DNA of 63,302 bases, counting the filler. It is 7 parts of 7 records of this genome, joined end to end, with 100 filler letters (N's around TTAATTAATTAA, not from the genome) between each part and the next. Parts side by side here need not be neighbours in the genome. Positions count along the whole stretch, not along the records: positions 39,960 to 45,552 come from SRR31156797_43809; positions 45,653 to 52,912 come from SRR31156797_43811; positions 53,013 to 63,302 come from SRR31156797_43821; 4 more parts are not named here. One strand, given 5' to 3'. Below the pieces are notes generated by a model that was given only the letters and a program-made list of their open reading frames with translations, made no database searches and was not told the origin of the DNA. Positions within the stretch are counted from its first letter, which is position 1, and each line of letters starts with the position of its first letter. A program made the translations under genes and the position numbers. Of this stretch, positions 44,115 to 55,482 are shown in pieces.

Positions 44115-45552
44115 TCAGCTTGTTCCTTTTTTAAACGAAGCCATAAAAGTGGTCCCCCGACCGCTTTCAATTTTAAGGATTCCGCCCAACTGGTGTTCCA
44201 CGAGGCCGTGAACCAGTGACAGGCCGAGAGTGTCTGCTTCCCGAGGCTTTACATTGTCGGGTATGCCTATTCCATTGTCGCTGATCATTAAGGCGACATC
44301 GCCCGATCCCTCAAGATGGGCGGATATTGAAATTAGCCCGCAATCGCATCCGGTGAAGGCGTGACGAAAAGCGTTGGTGACGATTTCATTGATAATGAGT
44401 CCGCACGGTACTGCCTGATCTATTTCAAGTTTTATATTGACCACGTCAATGGTTATTTCTATTGTCTTGCCTTCGTTTCCATATGCCCGCTGCAAATCAT
44501 GGGCTAGTTCCGTGACATATTGTTGTAAATCAACCTGGGCCAGGTTGTCGGACTGGTAAAGCACCTGGTGAATCAGCGACATCGCACGTATCCTGTTTTG
44601 ACTTTCCATAAAAGCTTCCTTGACCGGCGTGCTTCTGATTTTTCGCGACTGCAGGTTTAACAGGCTCATAACTATCTGCATGTTGTTTTTCACGCGATGG
44701 TGTATTTCCTTGAGCAGGAAGTCCTTTTCAAGCAACGCGGCCTTCAGCCTTTTTTCACTGTTTTTTCTTTCGGTAATGTCGGTAATTATCGATATCAGGC
44801 AAGGGTTGTCCTCCAGGAAAATTATCCTGCTGGATAATTGGCCGTCTCTCTTTTCCCCCGAACGGCAATTATATTCCACTTCAATCTCATGGACCGGGCT
44901 CTTCATCCCAATGGGGCGGTATTCGCCGCCGGCTAGGGACGCTCCAAAAACTATGGCCATTTCATTTACCTTGCGTCCGATAACCTGTTCACGGGGATAC
45001 CCGGTCAAGCGTTCAAAAGCATGGTTGACTTCCAGGTATTTTCCGTCTTCGATTTCAGTAATGATCATAATCTGGGGTGTTGTTTGAAAAGCCTTGTGAA
45101 ATTTGTCTTCGCTGGCAATAAGGGCATCTTCGGCTTTTTTTCTGCGGGAAATGTCTTCCAGGATGGTTATGGCGCCAATGGGGTCGCCCTGTGCATTGAA
45201 TTGGGGTGCGAATCTTGCCCGGATAAAAGTTTTTTTACCCCAAAAGGACATGTATTCAAAGTCCATTTCCTGGGAACCGCCCTTTTGAAGCAGTTTCTTG
45301 ATTTTTTCAACATACCCGCTTTTAACAAGATTGGGAATTTTAAAAATGTTCAGGTCCAGAGTAAAATTAAGACCGGGAGAACCCAAAATTTGCAGACATT
45401 TCTGGTTGGCGTCGGTGACATTGCCTTCCCTGTCAATGGTAAAGATTCCCACAGGCGCCTGGTCCATAATCATATTGATCTGGTTTTGGGATTCTCTCAG
45501 CAGCAGGCCCGCTTTTTTATTTCCTGTAATGTCTATAATAAAACCGTCGTAA
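44115..45552 (-). CDS. PAS-domain histidine kinase (HisKA_2 type), 5'-truncated
   Basis: Two PAS domains; LLKEIHHRVKNNMQ, NEIVTNAFRHA, DNGIG. Confidence 0.9.
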
Positions 45553-45652
45553 NNNNNNNNNNNNNNNNNNNNNNNNNNNNNNNNNNNNNNNNNNNNTTAA
45601 TTAATTAANNNNNNNNNNNNNNNNNNNNNNNNNNNNNNNNNNNNNNNNNNNN
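45553..45652. other. Artificial contig spacer
   Basis: N-run with TTAATTAATTAA. Confidence 0.99.
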
Positions 45653-45779
45653 GGGCAAATTGGCCATTTGTGGATGGGCACTGATAAGTATGCCCCGGTT
45701 TTGCAATTCATTCCAACTGCAAAACCGGGGCATATGAAAATGGGTAGGATTTTCCGGTGAAACTGTCAAAGAAGACCTT

Positions 45780-47267
45780 CTACTGCTGATTCTGGATCCA
45801 GTCACACAGCAGGCGGACGCCGAACCCGGTACCTCCGGCCCCGCAGTAATCTGAAGCTTTTGATGCCCAGGCCGGACCGGCAATGTCAATGTGGGCCCAT
45901 TTGGTTTCACCGACGAATTCAGCAAGGAACAGTGCCGCAGTAATGGCCCCTCCCCAACGTCCACTGCTGATATTGTTTAAATCGGCAAAATCATTTTTCA
46001 GCAGTTCTTTGTAATCGTCAGGCAAGGGCATCGACCAGCACCGTTCATGGGTGTTGGCCCCTGCTTCGACAATGGAATCGGCCAATTGCGAATCGTTTGA
46101 AAACACCCCTGCGATTTTTTCACCCAGGGCAACAACGCAGGCGCCGGTCAGGGTGGCCAGATCGACCATGGTATCCGGTTTGTACTGCTTTACGGCCCAA
46201 GCCATCGCATCGATGAGGATCAGGCGGCCTTCTGCATCGGTATTTCCTATCTCAACGGTTTTTCCTGCGTAGGACCGGATAATATCTCCCGGGCGGATGG
46301 CCGTTCCGGAGAGCATGTTTTCCACCAACGGCATGACACCGACCACCTTAACGGCCGGTTTAATCCGGGCTATGGCCATCATTGTTCCGGCCACGGCGGC
46401 GGCGCCGGACATATCCATTTTCATGGTTTCGATGCTACCGGTTGGTTTAAGATTGAGGCCGCCGGAATCGAATGTAACGCCCTTGCCCACAAGAACCAGC
46501 GTTTTTTTGGCATTTTTGGGTGTGTATTCCATGGTCACCAATCTGGGTTTGGCGGTGCTCCCCTGCCCCACGGCCAGCATGGCTCCGAACTTCTCCTTTT
46601 CCAGCCAGGTATGGGTTTTCACACCGACCTTCAACCCCTTAGCCCTGGCGGCTTTTTGCAACAGGGTGGCAAAAACCTCCGGACGTTTTTCGTTGGAAGG
46701 GGTTGTCACCCACTCCCTGGCCATAATGCTGGCATCGCAAACGGCCGTTACGGATTCGAGAAGACCGCCGTATGCTTTTTTCTGTGCGGCCGTAGCGGTA
46801 AGCGTCGTCTTTTTGACCGGAGTCTTCTCCTTTTCCTGTTTGTACCGATCGAAAATTTGATTGGCAAGGCTGGCGCCTTCCGCCAACGCACTGAAGATCG
46901 TTGCCGGTGGCATCTCCGTCAACGAGGCGGAAGGGGTGGCGATGGTTACTGCGGAAAATCCCGCGTCAATGCAAAGCCGGATGGCTTTACCGGCCATGCA
47001 TCGAAAAGATTCTGCATCCAGTTTGCCGGCCTTTCCCAGCCCCATGAAAACGACACGGGTTATCCGGGTCCCTTCCGGTTTGAACAAGGTGATGCAATCC
47101 CCGCCTTTACCAGTAAATTCTGGGTAAGATGCTGCCAATTTTACCAGAGAAGCCACGGTTTTGTTGGTGTGAATTTCATGGTCCTCACAGACGGGCACGA
47201 CGAGAACCCCTACTTGGGCACTGTTCAGATTTACGGGTTTAAGTTCAACCATTGCGTCACCTTTCAT
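45780..47267 (-). CDS. pepA: Leucyl aminopeptidase (M17)
   Basis: GKGVTFDSGG, MKMDMSG, NTDAEGRL, ATLTG. Confidence 0.95.
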   Translation of the reverse strand: MKGDAMVELKPVNLNSAQVGVLVVPVCEDHEIHTNKTVASLVKLAASYPEFTGKGGDCITLFKPEGTRITRVVFMGLGKAGKLDAESFRCMAGKAIRLCIDAGFSAVTIATPSASLTEMPPATIFSALAEGASLANQIFDRYKQEKEKTPVKKTTLTATAAQKKAYGGLLESVTAVCDASIMAREWVTTPSNEKRPEVFATLLQKAARAKGLKVGVKTHTWLEKEKFGAMLAVGQGSTAKPRLVTMEYTPKNAKKTLVLVGKGVTFDSGGLNLKPTGSIETMKMDMSGAAAVAGTMMAIARIKPAVKVVGVMPLVENMLSGTAIRPGDIIRSYAGKTVEIGNTDAEGRLILIDAMAWAVKQYKPDTMVDLATLTGACVVALGEKIAGVFSNDSQLADSIVEAGANTHERCWSMPLPDDYKELLKNDFADLNNISSGRWGGAITAALFLAEFVGETKWAHIDIAGPAWASKASDYCGAGGTGFGVRLLCDWIQNQQ

Positions 47268-47423
47268 TCGTATCAGAGAGCTTGTTTTAATCTGTATGAT
47301 CGGTCATCGAGGGTTCACAGACAGTTACCTCCCGCATGGCGTTAAAACAAGTTCTCTGATTCGAGGATCTTCATTCTAAAAAAGTGGGGAAGCACTTCCT
47401 TCATGGTCATGGGAAAAAAACGG

Positions 47424-47948
47424 TTAGCGGCGAATCGTCACTTTTTCCATGATCACGGGCTCTTTCGGCTTGTCCATCGGACCGGTGGCAACAGTGCCGA
47501 TTTTCAAAACGACATCCATCCCTTCCGTCACTTTTCCGAAAACAGAGTGGCGATCATCCAAATGAGGCGTTGGTGCCAGGGTTACGAAAAACTGGCTTCC
47601 GTTGGTTCCGGGACCGGCATTGGCCATGGACAGAACGCCGGGTCCTTCATGCCGAAGCGATGCGTCGAATTCGTCTTTAAATTGATAACCGGGACCGCCC
47701 GTGCCATTTCCAAAGGGGCACCCGCCCTGAATGACAAAGTCCTTGATGACCCGATGAAAGCCCAACCCGTCAAAATAGTTTCCGCCACGAGCGGTCTCCT
47801 GACGACCCTCTGCCAGATTGATGAAATTCCAGACGGTCTCCGGGCACTCTTTGGCATATAGTTCGGCCTCAAATGTTCCCATATTGGTTTCGAAAACGAC
47901 GGTGGCGCGATCAATTTCTTCTTTGTAGCTGTCCTTTTGATTCGACAT
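47424..47948 (-). CDS. Cyclophilin-type peptidyl-prolyl isomerase (start probably ATG 47948)
   Basis: FHRVIKDFVIQGG, LSMANAGPGTNGSQFF, HSVFG. Confidence 0.94.
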   Translation of the reverse strand: MSNQKDSYKEEIDRATVVFETNMGTFEAELYAKECPETVWNFINLAEGRQETARGGNYFDGLGFHRVIKDFVIQGGCPFGNGTGGPGYQFKDEFDASLRHEGPGVLSMANAGPGTNGSQFFVTLAPTPHLDDRHSVFGKVTEGMDVVLKIGTVATGPMDKPKEPVIMEKVTIRR

Positions 47949-48070
47949 CGATCTCTCCTTGTGATTGGTAATAAATACCACGTCTTGGCAGAACGCGGAT
48001 GACGGTTGAAAAAACCTTCTAAATATAGGTCCCGAATTTTCAGTGTCAATAAAAGGGGTAGAATAAGGAG

Positions 48071-49168
48071 TCAGGAAGACCCCATATCGGCAAGCATGTC
48101 CAATTCGCGGTCATACTGATCGATCACGCAGGGCCATGCGTGGCGCGCCACCATTTGGGACAGTACCGCCCTGGTTCCCTCCCAATGGTTTGGATCACGC
48201 AAGATCCCGGCGAGCCTGTTAATGAGATCGTCTTCATTTTTGTATAAAAAGTCCCTGTGAAACTCCTTGGGTAGAATTTCAGGATAGGAGAGCCGATCGG
48301 GTAAAATTGGCAGACATCCATGGCGCATGGCTTCTATCACCGAGATACCAAAGTTTTCCTGTTCGGCGGTACTGACAATAACGGTTCCTTTCGACAACCA
48401 TCTGCGATACTTCTCTTTCGATTCCACATATCCAAATTGGACAATCTGTTTTTTAAAACGAGATTTCGCAGCGATAAAGGCCTTGGGCTGCACCTGATAA
48501 TTCTCTCCTAAAAGGGCCAGCTGAAACCGGATGCCCCTGTTGTCCAAACGGTCGAGGGCCCTGAAAAAGAGATCCGGGTTTTTGTCGAATTCCCACCGAT
48601 GGTTCCAGATAACCAGGGGAGGACCAGCCGCCAAAGGTTTCAATTTCTTACCAATGGGTTCGAAATTGCAGCCTGGATGCAAAACGTCGGCTTTTTTCAG
48701 TATTTCGTCGACCACCCACATGGGTTTAAATTCCGGCATCCTTCCGATAAAATCGGGCAGATTCGCGAAAAATTGGCCGTAATGGAAACGGGAATTAAAC
48801 AGGATTCGATCTGCACTCAGAGCAGATGTAATATCGGTAAAACCGAACTGGAGATCCATTTTTTCCCCAGGCGCCAGCGGATAGGTCAACTGGTTCTCGT
48901 GGAAATAGACCAGAACCGGCGGACGGCGCCCCCGCATGAGAGAAGTAAAATCGGAGAGGCTCATCAGATCGCTGACGATGATTCCGTCATAGGAAGCGAT
49001 ATCGTCGATCTGCCGAAAAAAATGCAGGGCTGCACCACGCATTCTCCACTTCCAGAATCGTGACGGAAGCGTCTTCAGGGAGATATCGTGACGGGAATGC
49101 GCAATCCATCCATCGGCAAAATCACGATGGGAACCGCCATAAAAAGGTTCTATGAACAAAAAGCGCAT
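48071..49168 (-). CDS. DUF3524 / GT-B glycosyltransferase (GTDC1/QTMAN-like)
   Basis: EPFYGGSH, WKWRMRG, YFHENQLTYP, FNSRFH, WNHRWEFDKNP, ENFGISVIEA. Confidence 0.88.
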   Translation of the reverse strand: MRFLFIEPFYGGSHRDFADGWIAHSRHDISLKTLPSRFWKWRMRGAALHFFRQIDDIASYDGIIVSDLMSLSDFTSLMRGRRPPVLVYFHENQLTYPLAPGEKMDLQFGFTDITSALSADRILFNSRFHYGQFFANLPDFIGRMPEFKPMWVVDEILKKADVLHPGCNFEPIGKKLKPLAAGPPLVIWNHRWEFDKNPDLFFRALDRLDNRGIRFQLALLGENYQVQPKAFIAAKSRFKKQIVQFGYVESKEKYRRWLSKGTVIVSTAEQENFGISVIEAMRHGCLPILPDRLSYPEILPKEFHRDFLYKNEDDLINRLAGILRDPNHWEGTRAVLSQMVARHAWPCVIDQYDRELDMLADMGSS

Positions 49169-49173
49169 CGAAC

Positions 49174-50199
49174 TTACAAAGTCCTCGCCAGTCGGCCGAG
49201 TTCATCGAAGGAAAGCTCCTCCACCACGGCCTTGCCCAGGCTGTTTAAAAAAACAAAATGGATCTTTTCACCTTCCCGTTTTTTATCTTTTCTCATGGCT
49301 TCAAGCATACAAGCGGCATCCATCGGCGCTTTCACAGGCAGTCCATAATCGGAAATCATCTGTTCAAGACGCTTTGCTTCTGTCGCGGAAAGGAGGCCTT
49401 TCTCAACGGAGAGTCTGGCCGCAAGGACCATTCCCATACCGACGGCTTCGCCATGGGGGACTCCCGTCATTTTTTCAATGGCATGCCCGAACGTATGGCC
49501 AAAATTCAGTTTCCTCCGCTCCCCGTGTTCGCGCTCATCTCTGGAAACCACCCCTGCCTTGATCTCCACGGACCGGACCACCAGATGGCCAATGGCAGCG
49601 GCCTCCAGTTTCAAAGCGGCATCCCGATGATTTTCTATAAAATCGAGCATCTCTCCGTCGGCAATGGCCCCATGCTTGATTATTTCAGCAAACCCGCACA
49701 AGACCTCCCTCTTCGGTAATGATTTCAGCAGTTCGAGATCACACAGAACAAACTCGGGCTGATTAAAAACCCCCACCATGTTTTTATAGCCGCCAAAATT
49801 TACTCCGTTTTTACCCCCTACACTGGCGTCCACCTGAGAAAGCAAGGTCGTTGAAACAAAACCGAATCGTGTTCCCCTCATGTACGTGGACGCTATAAAC
49901 CCTGCTATATCACATACAATCCCGCCTCCAATACCCAGAATAAAAGTGGATCGATCGGCTTCCAACGCGACCAGCCGTTCAAAAATCCATTTTACCGTGT
50001 CCAGCGTCTTGTTCTTTTCTCCAAGGCCGATTTGGACAATCGGGCTATCCGGGAACTTTTCCCCATAGAGTTTTTCCACAGTCGTATCGGTCAGGATGAT
50101 TGTTCTCCCGGGGTCGATGTGAGTCCCAAGCCGATCCATGGATTCACCCACGAAAATCGTTGAGGTTTTCCCTGCGCCTTTTACCTGTAGTTCTCTCAT
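49174..50199 (-). CDS. aroB: 3-dehydroquinate synthase
   Basis: GGGIVCD, TTLLSQVDASVGGKNG, LNFGHTFGHAIE, HGEAV. Confidence 0.96.
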   Translation of the reverse strand: MRELQVKGAGKTSTIFVGESMDRLGTHIDPGRTIILTDTTVEKLYGEKFPDSPIVQIGLGEKNKTLDTVKWIFERLVALEADRSTFILGIGGGIVCDIAGFIASTYMRGTRFGFVSTTLLSQVDASVGGKNGVNFGGYKNMVGVFNQPEFVLCDLELLKSLPKREVLCGFAEIIKHGAIADGEMLDFIENHRDAALKLEAAAIGHLVVRSVEIKAGVVSRDEREHGERRKLNFGHTFGHAIEKMTGVPHGEAVGMGMVLAARLSVEKGLLSATEAKRLEQMISDYGLPVKAPMDAACMLEAMRKDKKREGEKIHFVFLNSLGKAVVEELSFDELGRLARTL

Positions 50200-50366
50200 T
50201 TTTACACCTTGCTCTGCTATGTTGAAATACCGGTCCCATTCTTATCACAGGCGGCACCGATGGGAAAGAAATAGTCCGGATTGCATAGCATCGATTTCGT
50301 GGTTGTAATTCAAGGCCGCTTGTTCGATAGTTGAGATCGGTCCCAACCAACGAAAGGAGCATTGCA

Positions 50367-51941
50367 ATGCACATGACTTTTTACGGAGCGGTAAGGGAAG
50401 TCACCGGTTCCATGCACGTATTGACCACGTCACAGGACCGTATTTTACTCGACTGTGGCATGTACCAGGGTCGAAGAAAATCGGCCGCCGAAAAAAATCG
50501 AGTTCTGCCTTTCGATCCGGCCATGCTCACCAACATGGTTCTTTCTCACGCCCACATCGACCACTCGGGACGCATCCCGCTGATTGTAAAAAATGGTTTC
50601 AGCGGACGCATTTACTGCACACGCGCGACGGTTGATGCCTGTGGGTATCTGCTCCCCGATTCCGCACATATTCAGGAAAGCGATGCCGACTATTTGAATT
50701 ACAAAACCGTTCGCGGAGCCTTGTCCCGCATGAGGCCCGGAAAAAAGGGGAAAACATCCAAAAAAGACCTGAAAGAAATTAAGCTGTTGTTAAAAAAGGG
50801 TCGTCACGGTCTCAACTCGGAGGTTATCGACAAATATATCAAACGCTTTCACTTACAGGGAGTAGAGCCGCTATACACGATGCCGGATGCGGAACAGGCA
50901 CTGAAATCTTTTGCAGGGATCCCCTACCGTCACCCCGTGACCATCGGAAGAGAGTTGACCTGTACCCTTTTCGAGGCAGGTCACATTTTGGGATCGGCGG
51001 TAGCCCTGATCCAATACGGGAAGGGAGAAAATGCTAAAACGGTCTGCTTTTCCGGCGATATCGGCCGATACGACAAGCCGATCTTAAAGGATCCCTCCAG
51101 CCGTTTGAACGCCTACGCAGATAAAATTGATCTGATGATCATGGAGAGTACCTACGGCAATCGAGATCACGAACCGGTTATCGATTTGAAACCGCGGCTA
51201 AAAAATGTATTGAAAGAAACGTTCGACCGGGGGGGAGCCATCTTGATCCCCTCTTTTGCCTACGGTCGAACGCAAGAACTGCTCTATGTCATTCATGAAC
51301 TGTTCGATACGGGGGAAGTGCCGTCCATGCCCGTTTATGTGGACAGCCCCTTGGCCACAAATATCACAAAAGTTTTCGGCGAACACCCGGAAGTTTATGA
51401 CATGGAAACCCACGAAACATTTCTCACACAGGGAAAAAATCCATTCCTGTTCCCACAGGTGCAATTTGTCGAAAGCGTGGAAGCATCCATGTCCCTCATG
51501 CGGGAAGAAAAACCCCATATCGTTATCTCCGCATCTGGCATGTGCGAGGCAGGGCGCATTCTCCATCATCTTCGCTACAAGATTCACAACCCGAACAACA
51601 CCATCCTTATCGTCGGCTATATGGCCAACCATACACTGGGACGGCGAATCCTCGAACAAGGCACGGCTTATGCCGAGGCCGACCGCAGAGGCGATCCGCC
51701 CATTGTCAAAATTCTCAACAAGGAGTATCCGCTGGAAGCCAAGGTCGTCAAAATCGGAGGATTTTCCGCCCATGGAGATCGCAATGAAATGCTCCGGTTT
51801 CTAAAAGAATCCGGATTGGATATCCAGCGGATTGCCGTGGTTCACGGAGAAGAGGATCAGAGTCTGGCCTTTGCCGATTTCCTGAACGATGCCGGATATA
51901 AAGCAATGGTTCCGAGGGTGGGAGAGACAATTTCAGTCTAA
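50367..51941 (+). CDS. MBL-fold beta-CASP RNA-metabolising nuclease (start ATG 50367)
   Basis: GAVREVTGS, SHAHIDHSG, AGHILGS, SGDIG, ESTYG, FSAHGD, VHGE. Confidence 0.92.
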   Translation: MHMTFYGAVREVTGSMHVLTTSQDRILLDCGMYQGRRKSAAEKNRVLPFDPAMLTNMVLSHAHIDHSGRIPLIVKNGFSGRIYCTRATVDACGYLLPDSAHIQESDADYLNYKTVRGALSRMRPGKKGKTSKKDLKEIKLLLKKGRHGLNSEVIDKYIKRFHLQGVEPLYTMPDAEQALKSFAGIPYRHPVTIGRELTCTLFEAGHILGSAVALIQYGKGENAKTVCFSGDIGRYDKPILKDPSSRLNAYADKIDLMIMESTYGNRDHEPVIDLKPRLKNVLKETFDRGGAILIPSFAYGRTQELLYVIHELFDTGEVPSMPVYVDSPLATNITKVFGEHPEVYDMETHETFLTQGKNPFLFPQVQFVESVEASMSLMREEKPHIVISASGMCEAGRILHHLRYKIHNPNNTILIVGYMANHTLGRRILEQGTAYAEADRRGDPPIVKILNKEYPLEAKVVKIGGFSAHGDRNEMLRFLKESGLDIQRIAVVHGEEDQSLAFADFLNDAGYKAMVPRVGETISV

Positions 51942-51942
51942 T

Positions 51943-52863
51943 TCACGGCACGACGCCACGAATCAAATAATAATTACAAAGCGTTACCAGGCACCAAATC
52001 GCCGGAGAGGAGAGTATCTTTTCGATGGACCGGTCAAACAAAATGGATAGACGTGGAGAAAATTCATCATTCCCCAGCCAGAGAAGATAAAAAACGGGTA
52101 TCCTGGGGAAAGGTAGAAGCCGGAATGCAACATCGCCCAAATCTTCGGGTTGCCCTCCCATCAGCCCCCCCGCATGGGCGAACCCATTGGGATCCTCTCC
52201 GAAACGTTCCAGAACCGATGACTTTCTCAATCGGCTGCGTCCGGTGAAATAGTGCGCTTCAAACAGGTCTTCCACGCCGACCATTTCGTTTTGCAGGGGA
52301 CACAGGGCATCCACCCGCGTAAAGTAGTCGAGGACGATGATTTCCAGCAAAGGCAGTTGGATGGGGGCGTTCTCTCTTTTCTCACTGAACCGGAGACAGC
52401 GAGAAGTGGTGTCCACAAGAAGGGTTGTGTTGAGGAAAGAAAGGGATAGAAGTCCTGATTCTTCATCGATATCCGTCAAGGTATAATTTGCGATTTTTCC
52501 AGCTTCTTTCCCGGCAAGCTCATCCCACAAAGAGGGATCGATCTCGACGGGATGGCCGGACGGATCAACAGCAGGAGGGCCCTGCCGGCGACGACGATGC
52601 TGCATGTCCAAAAACGGTTTTCCGTAAGGATAGTTTGATTCGGTGAAGTTTCCGCATGGGAAGGAGGCACAATCCCTCGAACAGTAGTCGATGTGATTGA
52701 GCCGGGCACATTCCAGAATGGCACAAGGATGTCCCAGGATTCTCTTTTGTGCAGCGCTTTTTTGGGCAGCCAGGTCGCTTCGACCGGGTCCGCAGGACGA
52801 ACAATGCCCTAAGAGGTTGAGTTGGCAGACATCGCAGTTGATACCGCAGGCACCTGTTGCCAT
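51943..52863 (-). CDS. Cys-rich (DUF3795-like) domain fused to DUF3786 domain
   Basis: ACGINCDVC...CSSC...C...C...C..FPC N-terminus; LPFPRIP...DEFSPRLSILFD C-terminus. Confidence 0.78.
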   Translation of the reverse strand: MATGACGINCDVCQLNLLGHCSSCGPGRSDLAAQKSAAQKRILGHPCAILECARLNHIDYCSRDCASFPCGNFTESNYPYGKPFLDMQHRRRRQGPPAVDPSGHPVEIDPSLWDELAGKEAGKIANYTLTDIDEESGLLSLSFLNTTLLVDTTSRCLRFSEKRENAPIQLPLLEIIVLDYFTRVDALCPLQNEMVGVEDLFEAHYFTGRSRLRKSSVLERFGEDPNGFAHAGGLMGGQPEDLGDVAFRLLPFPRIPVFYLLWLGNDEFSPRLSILFDRSIEKILSSPAIWCLVTLCNYYLIRGVVP

Positions 52864-52912
52864 GAGGTTCTCCTTATTGAGAAGGGGAAATCATCTCCCT
52901 CAGGTCATATCT

Positions 52913-53012
52913 NNNNNNNNNNNNNNNNNNNNNNNNNNNNNNNNNNNNNNNNNNNNTTAATTAATTAANNNNNNNNNNNNNNNNNNNNNNNNNNNNNNNN
53001 NNNNNNNNNNNN
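52913..53012. other. Artificial contig spacer
   Basis: N-run with TTAATTAATTAA. Confidence 0.99.
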
Positions 53013-53693
53013 CTGCATGGCAGCGTTGTCCACATACATATGGGACAGCTCGATATCCGGGTAATTCTTATGCTCATCAATAACGATTTCGCGCCAAACG
53101 CGTGAAACATCCAACACGTTGGCCTTGTCCACGGAACAAACGCGGCTTGAACGCTTACGGGCGGCTTCAAAAGCCACACGGGCAATGCGACGAATTTCAT
53201 GCTCATAATATGTCATGGTGTTATAGCCAAAACGCTCACCATCTTTTTCGCCATCAAAACGCGGTTCGCCAAAATAAATGCCACCAGTCAACTCACGCAC
53301 AACCATGACGTCCAATCCTTTGGCCACGATATCCGGACGCAAATAACAAGCGTCAGCCAACTGCTTAAACAAATTGGCGGGACGTACGTTGGCGAACAAG
53401 CCCAATTCTTTACGAATGCCGAGCAACCCTTTCTCAGGGCGAATGGACGGATCAATGGTATCCCATTTAGGACCACCCACCGCGCCAAGCAATACGGCAT
53501 CAGCGTCCTTGCATTTGGCAATTGTTTCGTCTGGCAGGGGAACGCCATCAGCGTCAATCGCGCATCCACCAATCAGGGCCTCAGTGGTCTCAAAGGTCTG
53601 CCCGTATTTCTCTCCGACCTTATCCAAAACACGCAAGGCTTGAGTAACTATTTCCTGCCCTATGCCGTCACCCGGCAAAACACATATTTTCAT
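53013..53693 (-). CDS. leuB: 3-isopropylmalate dehydrogenase, 3'-truncated
   Basis: [31 protein letters not shown]. Confidence 0.95.
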
Positions 53694-53714
53694 CGATCTC
53701 TCCGATACTTATCG

Positions 53715-54206
53715 TTAGGCCAATTTCTTCTTGACGTATTCCACGAGTCCACCGACATCCAGAATTTCTTGCATAAACGGCGGAACAGCGGCGGCCTGTA
53801 CGGTTTCGCCTGTGGTGATATTTCTGATTACACCAGTGGTGGTATCAACTTCAATTTCATCGGTATCATTAAATTTCTCAATATCATCGCCGATCTCAAG
53901 CAACACCAGGCCCATATTGAAACCGTTACGGTAGAAAATCCGGGCAAAACTATGAGCAACAACCACAGGAATTCCTGCGCCCAAAATGGAAATAGGGGCA
54001 TGCTCACGAGAGGAGCCACAACCGAAGTTCACGCCTCCGACCATAACGTCGTTTTCTTTAACACGTTTGACCCAACCGGCCTCCAGACCTTCCATACAGT
54101 TCTCACCGAGCACCTTGGAATCGGTGGTCACTAAGAAGCGAGCGGGAATGATGGCATCTGTATCTATATGGTCGCCCACTTTATGAGCAGTTCCGGTAAC
54201 TTTCAT
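53715..54206 (-). CDS. leuD: 3-isopropylmalate dehydratase small subunit (start ATG 54206)
   Basis: [29 protein letters not shown]. Confidence 0.95.
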   Translation of the reverse strand: MKVTGTAHKVGDHIDTDAIIPARFLVTTDSKVLGENCMEGLEAGWVKRVKENDVMVGGVNFGCGSSREHAPISILGAGIPVVVAHSFARIFYRNGFNMGLVLLEIGDDIEKFNDTDEIEVDTTTGVIRNITTGETVQAAAVPPFMQEILDVGGLVEYVKKKLA

Positions 54207-54219
54207 TTTATTCCCCCTC

Positions 54220-55479
54220 CTACAACTTTCCGGGGTTGGTGATCTCACCCACAATGGCACTTGCAGCGGCCACAGCGGGATTGGACAAGAAGACTTCCGC
54301 TTCGAGAGACCCCATACGTCCCTTGAAGTTGCGATTGGTAGTCGCGATACACCGTTCGCCGCCAGCCAAAATACCCATATGGCCGCCCAGACAGGGACCA
54401 CAGGTCGGAGGACCTACAATACAGCCTGAATCCATAAAGACTTCCATCAAACCTTCACGCATACACGCTTTCCAAATGGCAGGAGTGGCAGGCAAAATAA
54501 TGCAACGCACCTTGGGATCAACTTTGCGACCTTTCAAAATGGCTGCAGCCACACGCATATCTTCGATACGACCATTGGTACAGGAACCGATGACCGCCTG
54601 ATGAATCTGCAAACCACTGGTCTCATCAACGGATTTCACATTGTCCGGCAAATGTGGGCAAGCAACCTGCGGTGCCATATCTGTGACGTCAATATTCAGC
54701 ACGCGTTCATATTCAGCATCAGCATCCGGTGCCATCAATTCTCCGCCAGAAAATCCAGCTGTCTTGGCGTATTCCATTGTTTTCTCGTCCACTGGGAACA
54801 ATCCAACCTTGCCGCCGGCCTCAATGGCCATGTTGGCAATCGTCATACGCCCTTCGATGGACATGTTGTCCACAACTTCACCGGAGTATTCAAGCGCCTT
54901 GTAAAGTGCACCGGCAACCCCAAGCTGCCCAATTTGATTCAGAACGAAATCCTTGGCACTGACATGTTCACTGGGTGTACCGGTAATATTCACCTTGATA
55001 GTCGGTGGCACTTTGAACCATGTTTCCCCCAGAGCCATTGCCGCACCGATGTCCGTCGATCCCATGCCGGTGGCAAATGCGCCAAGTCCACCATAAGTGC
55101 ATGTGTGGGAATCTGCCCCCACCACCACATTACCAGGACCGACAATGCCCTTCTCAGGCAACAACGCATGTTCTACTCCGACTTCACCACATTCATAGTA
55201 ATGGGTCACACCCAATTCTTCAGCAAACTCACGAACCACCTTCACCTGTTCAGCAGAATCAATATCCTTATTTGGAGTGAAATGATCACAAACCAACGAG
55301 ATTTTGTCCTGATCAAACACTTTTTTTGCACCCATAGCCTTGAAAGACTTGATGGCCAATGGCGCAGTGATGTCGTTGGCCAGAACCATATCGACCGCAC
55401 ACTGGACAATCTGTCCTGCACCGGCAATCTCTTGGTCTGTGTGTTTCTGTAATATTTTTTCAGCTAAAGTCTGACCCAT
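54220..55479 (-). CDS. leuC: 3-isopropylmalate dehydratase large subunit
   Basis: [26 protein letters not shown]. Confidence 0.95.
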   Translation of the reverse strand: MGQTLAEKILQKHTDQEIAGAGQIVQCAVDMVLANDITAPLAIKSFKAMGAKKVFDQDKISLVCDHFTPNKDIDSAEQVKVVREFAEELGVTHYYECGEVGVEHALLPEKGIVGPGNVVVGADSHTCTYGGLGAFATGMGSTDIGAAMALGETWFKVPPTIKVNITGTPSEHVSAKDFVLNQIGQLGVAGALYKALEYSGEVVDNMSIEGRMTIANMAIEAGGKVGLFPVDEKTMEYAKTAGFSGGELMAPDADAEYERVLNIDVTDMAPQVACPHLPDNVKSVDETSGLQIHQAVIGSCTNGRIEDMRVAAAILKGRKVDPKVRCIILPATPAIWKACMREGLMEVFMDSGCIVGPPTCGPCLGGHMGILAGGERCIATTNRNFKGRMGSLEAEVFLSNPAVAAASAIVGEITNPGKL

Positions 55480-55482
55480 GGT

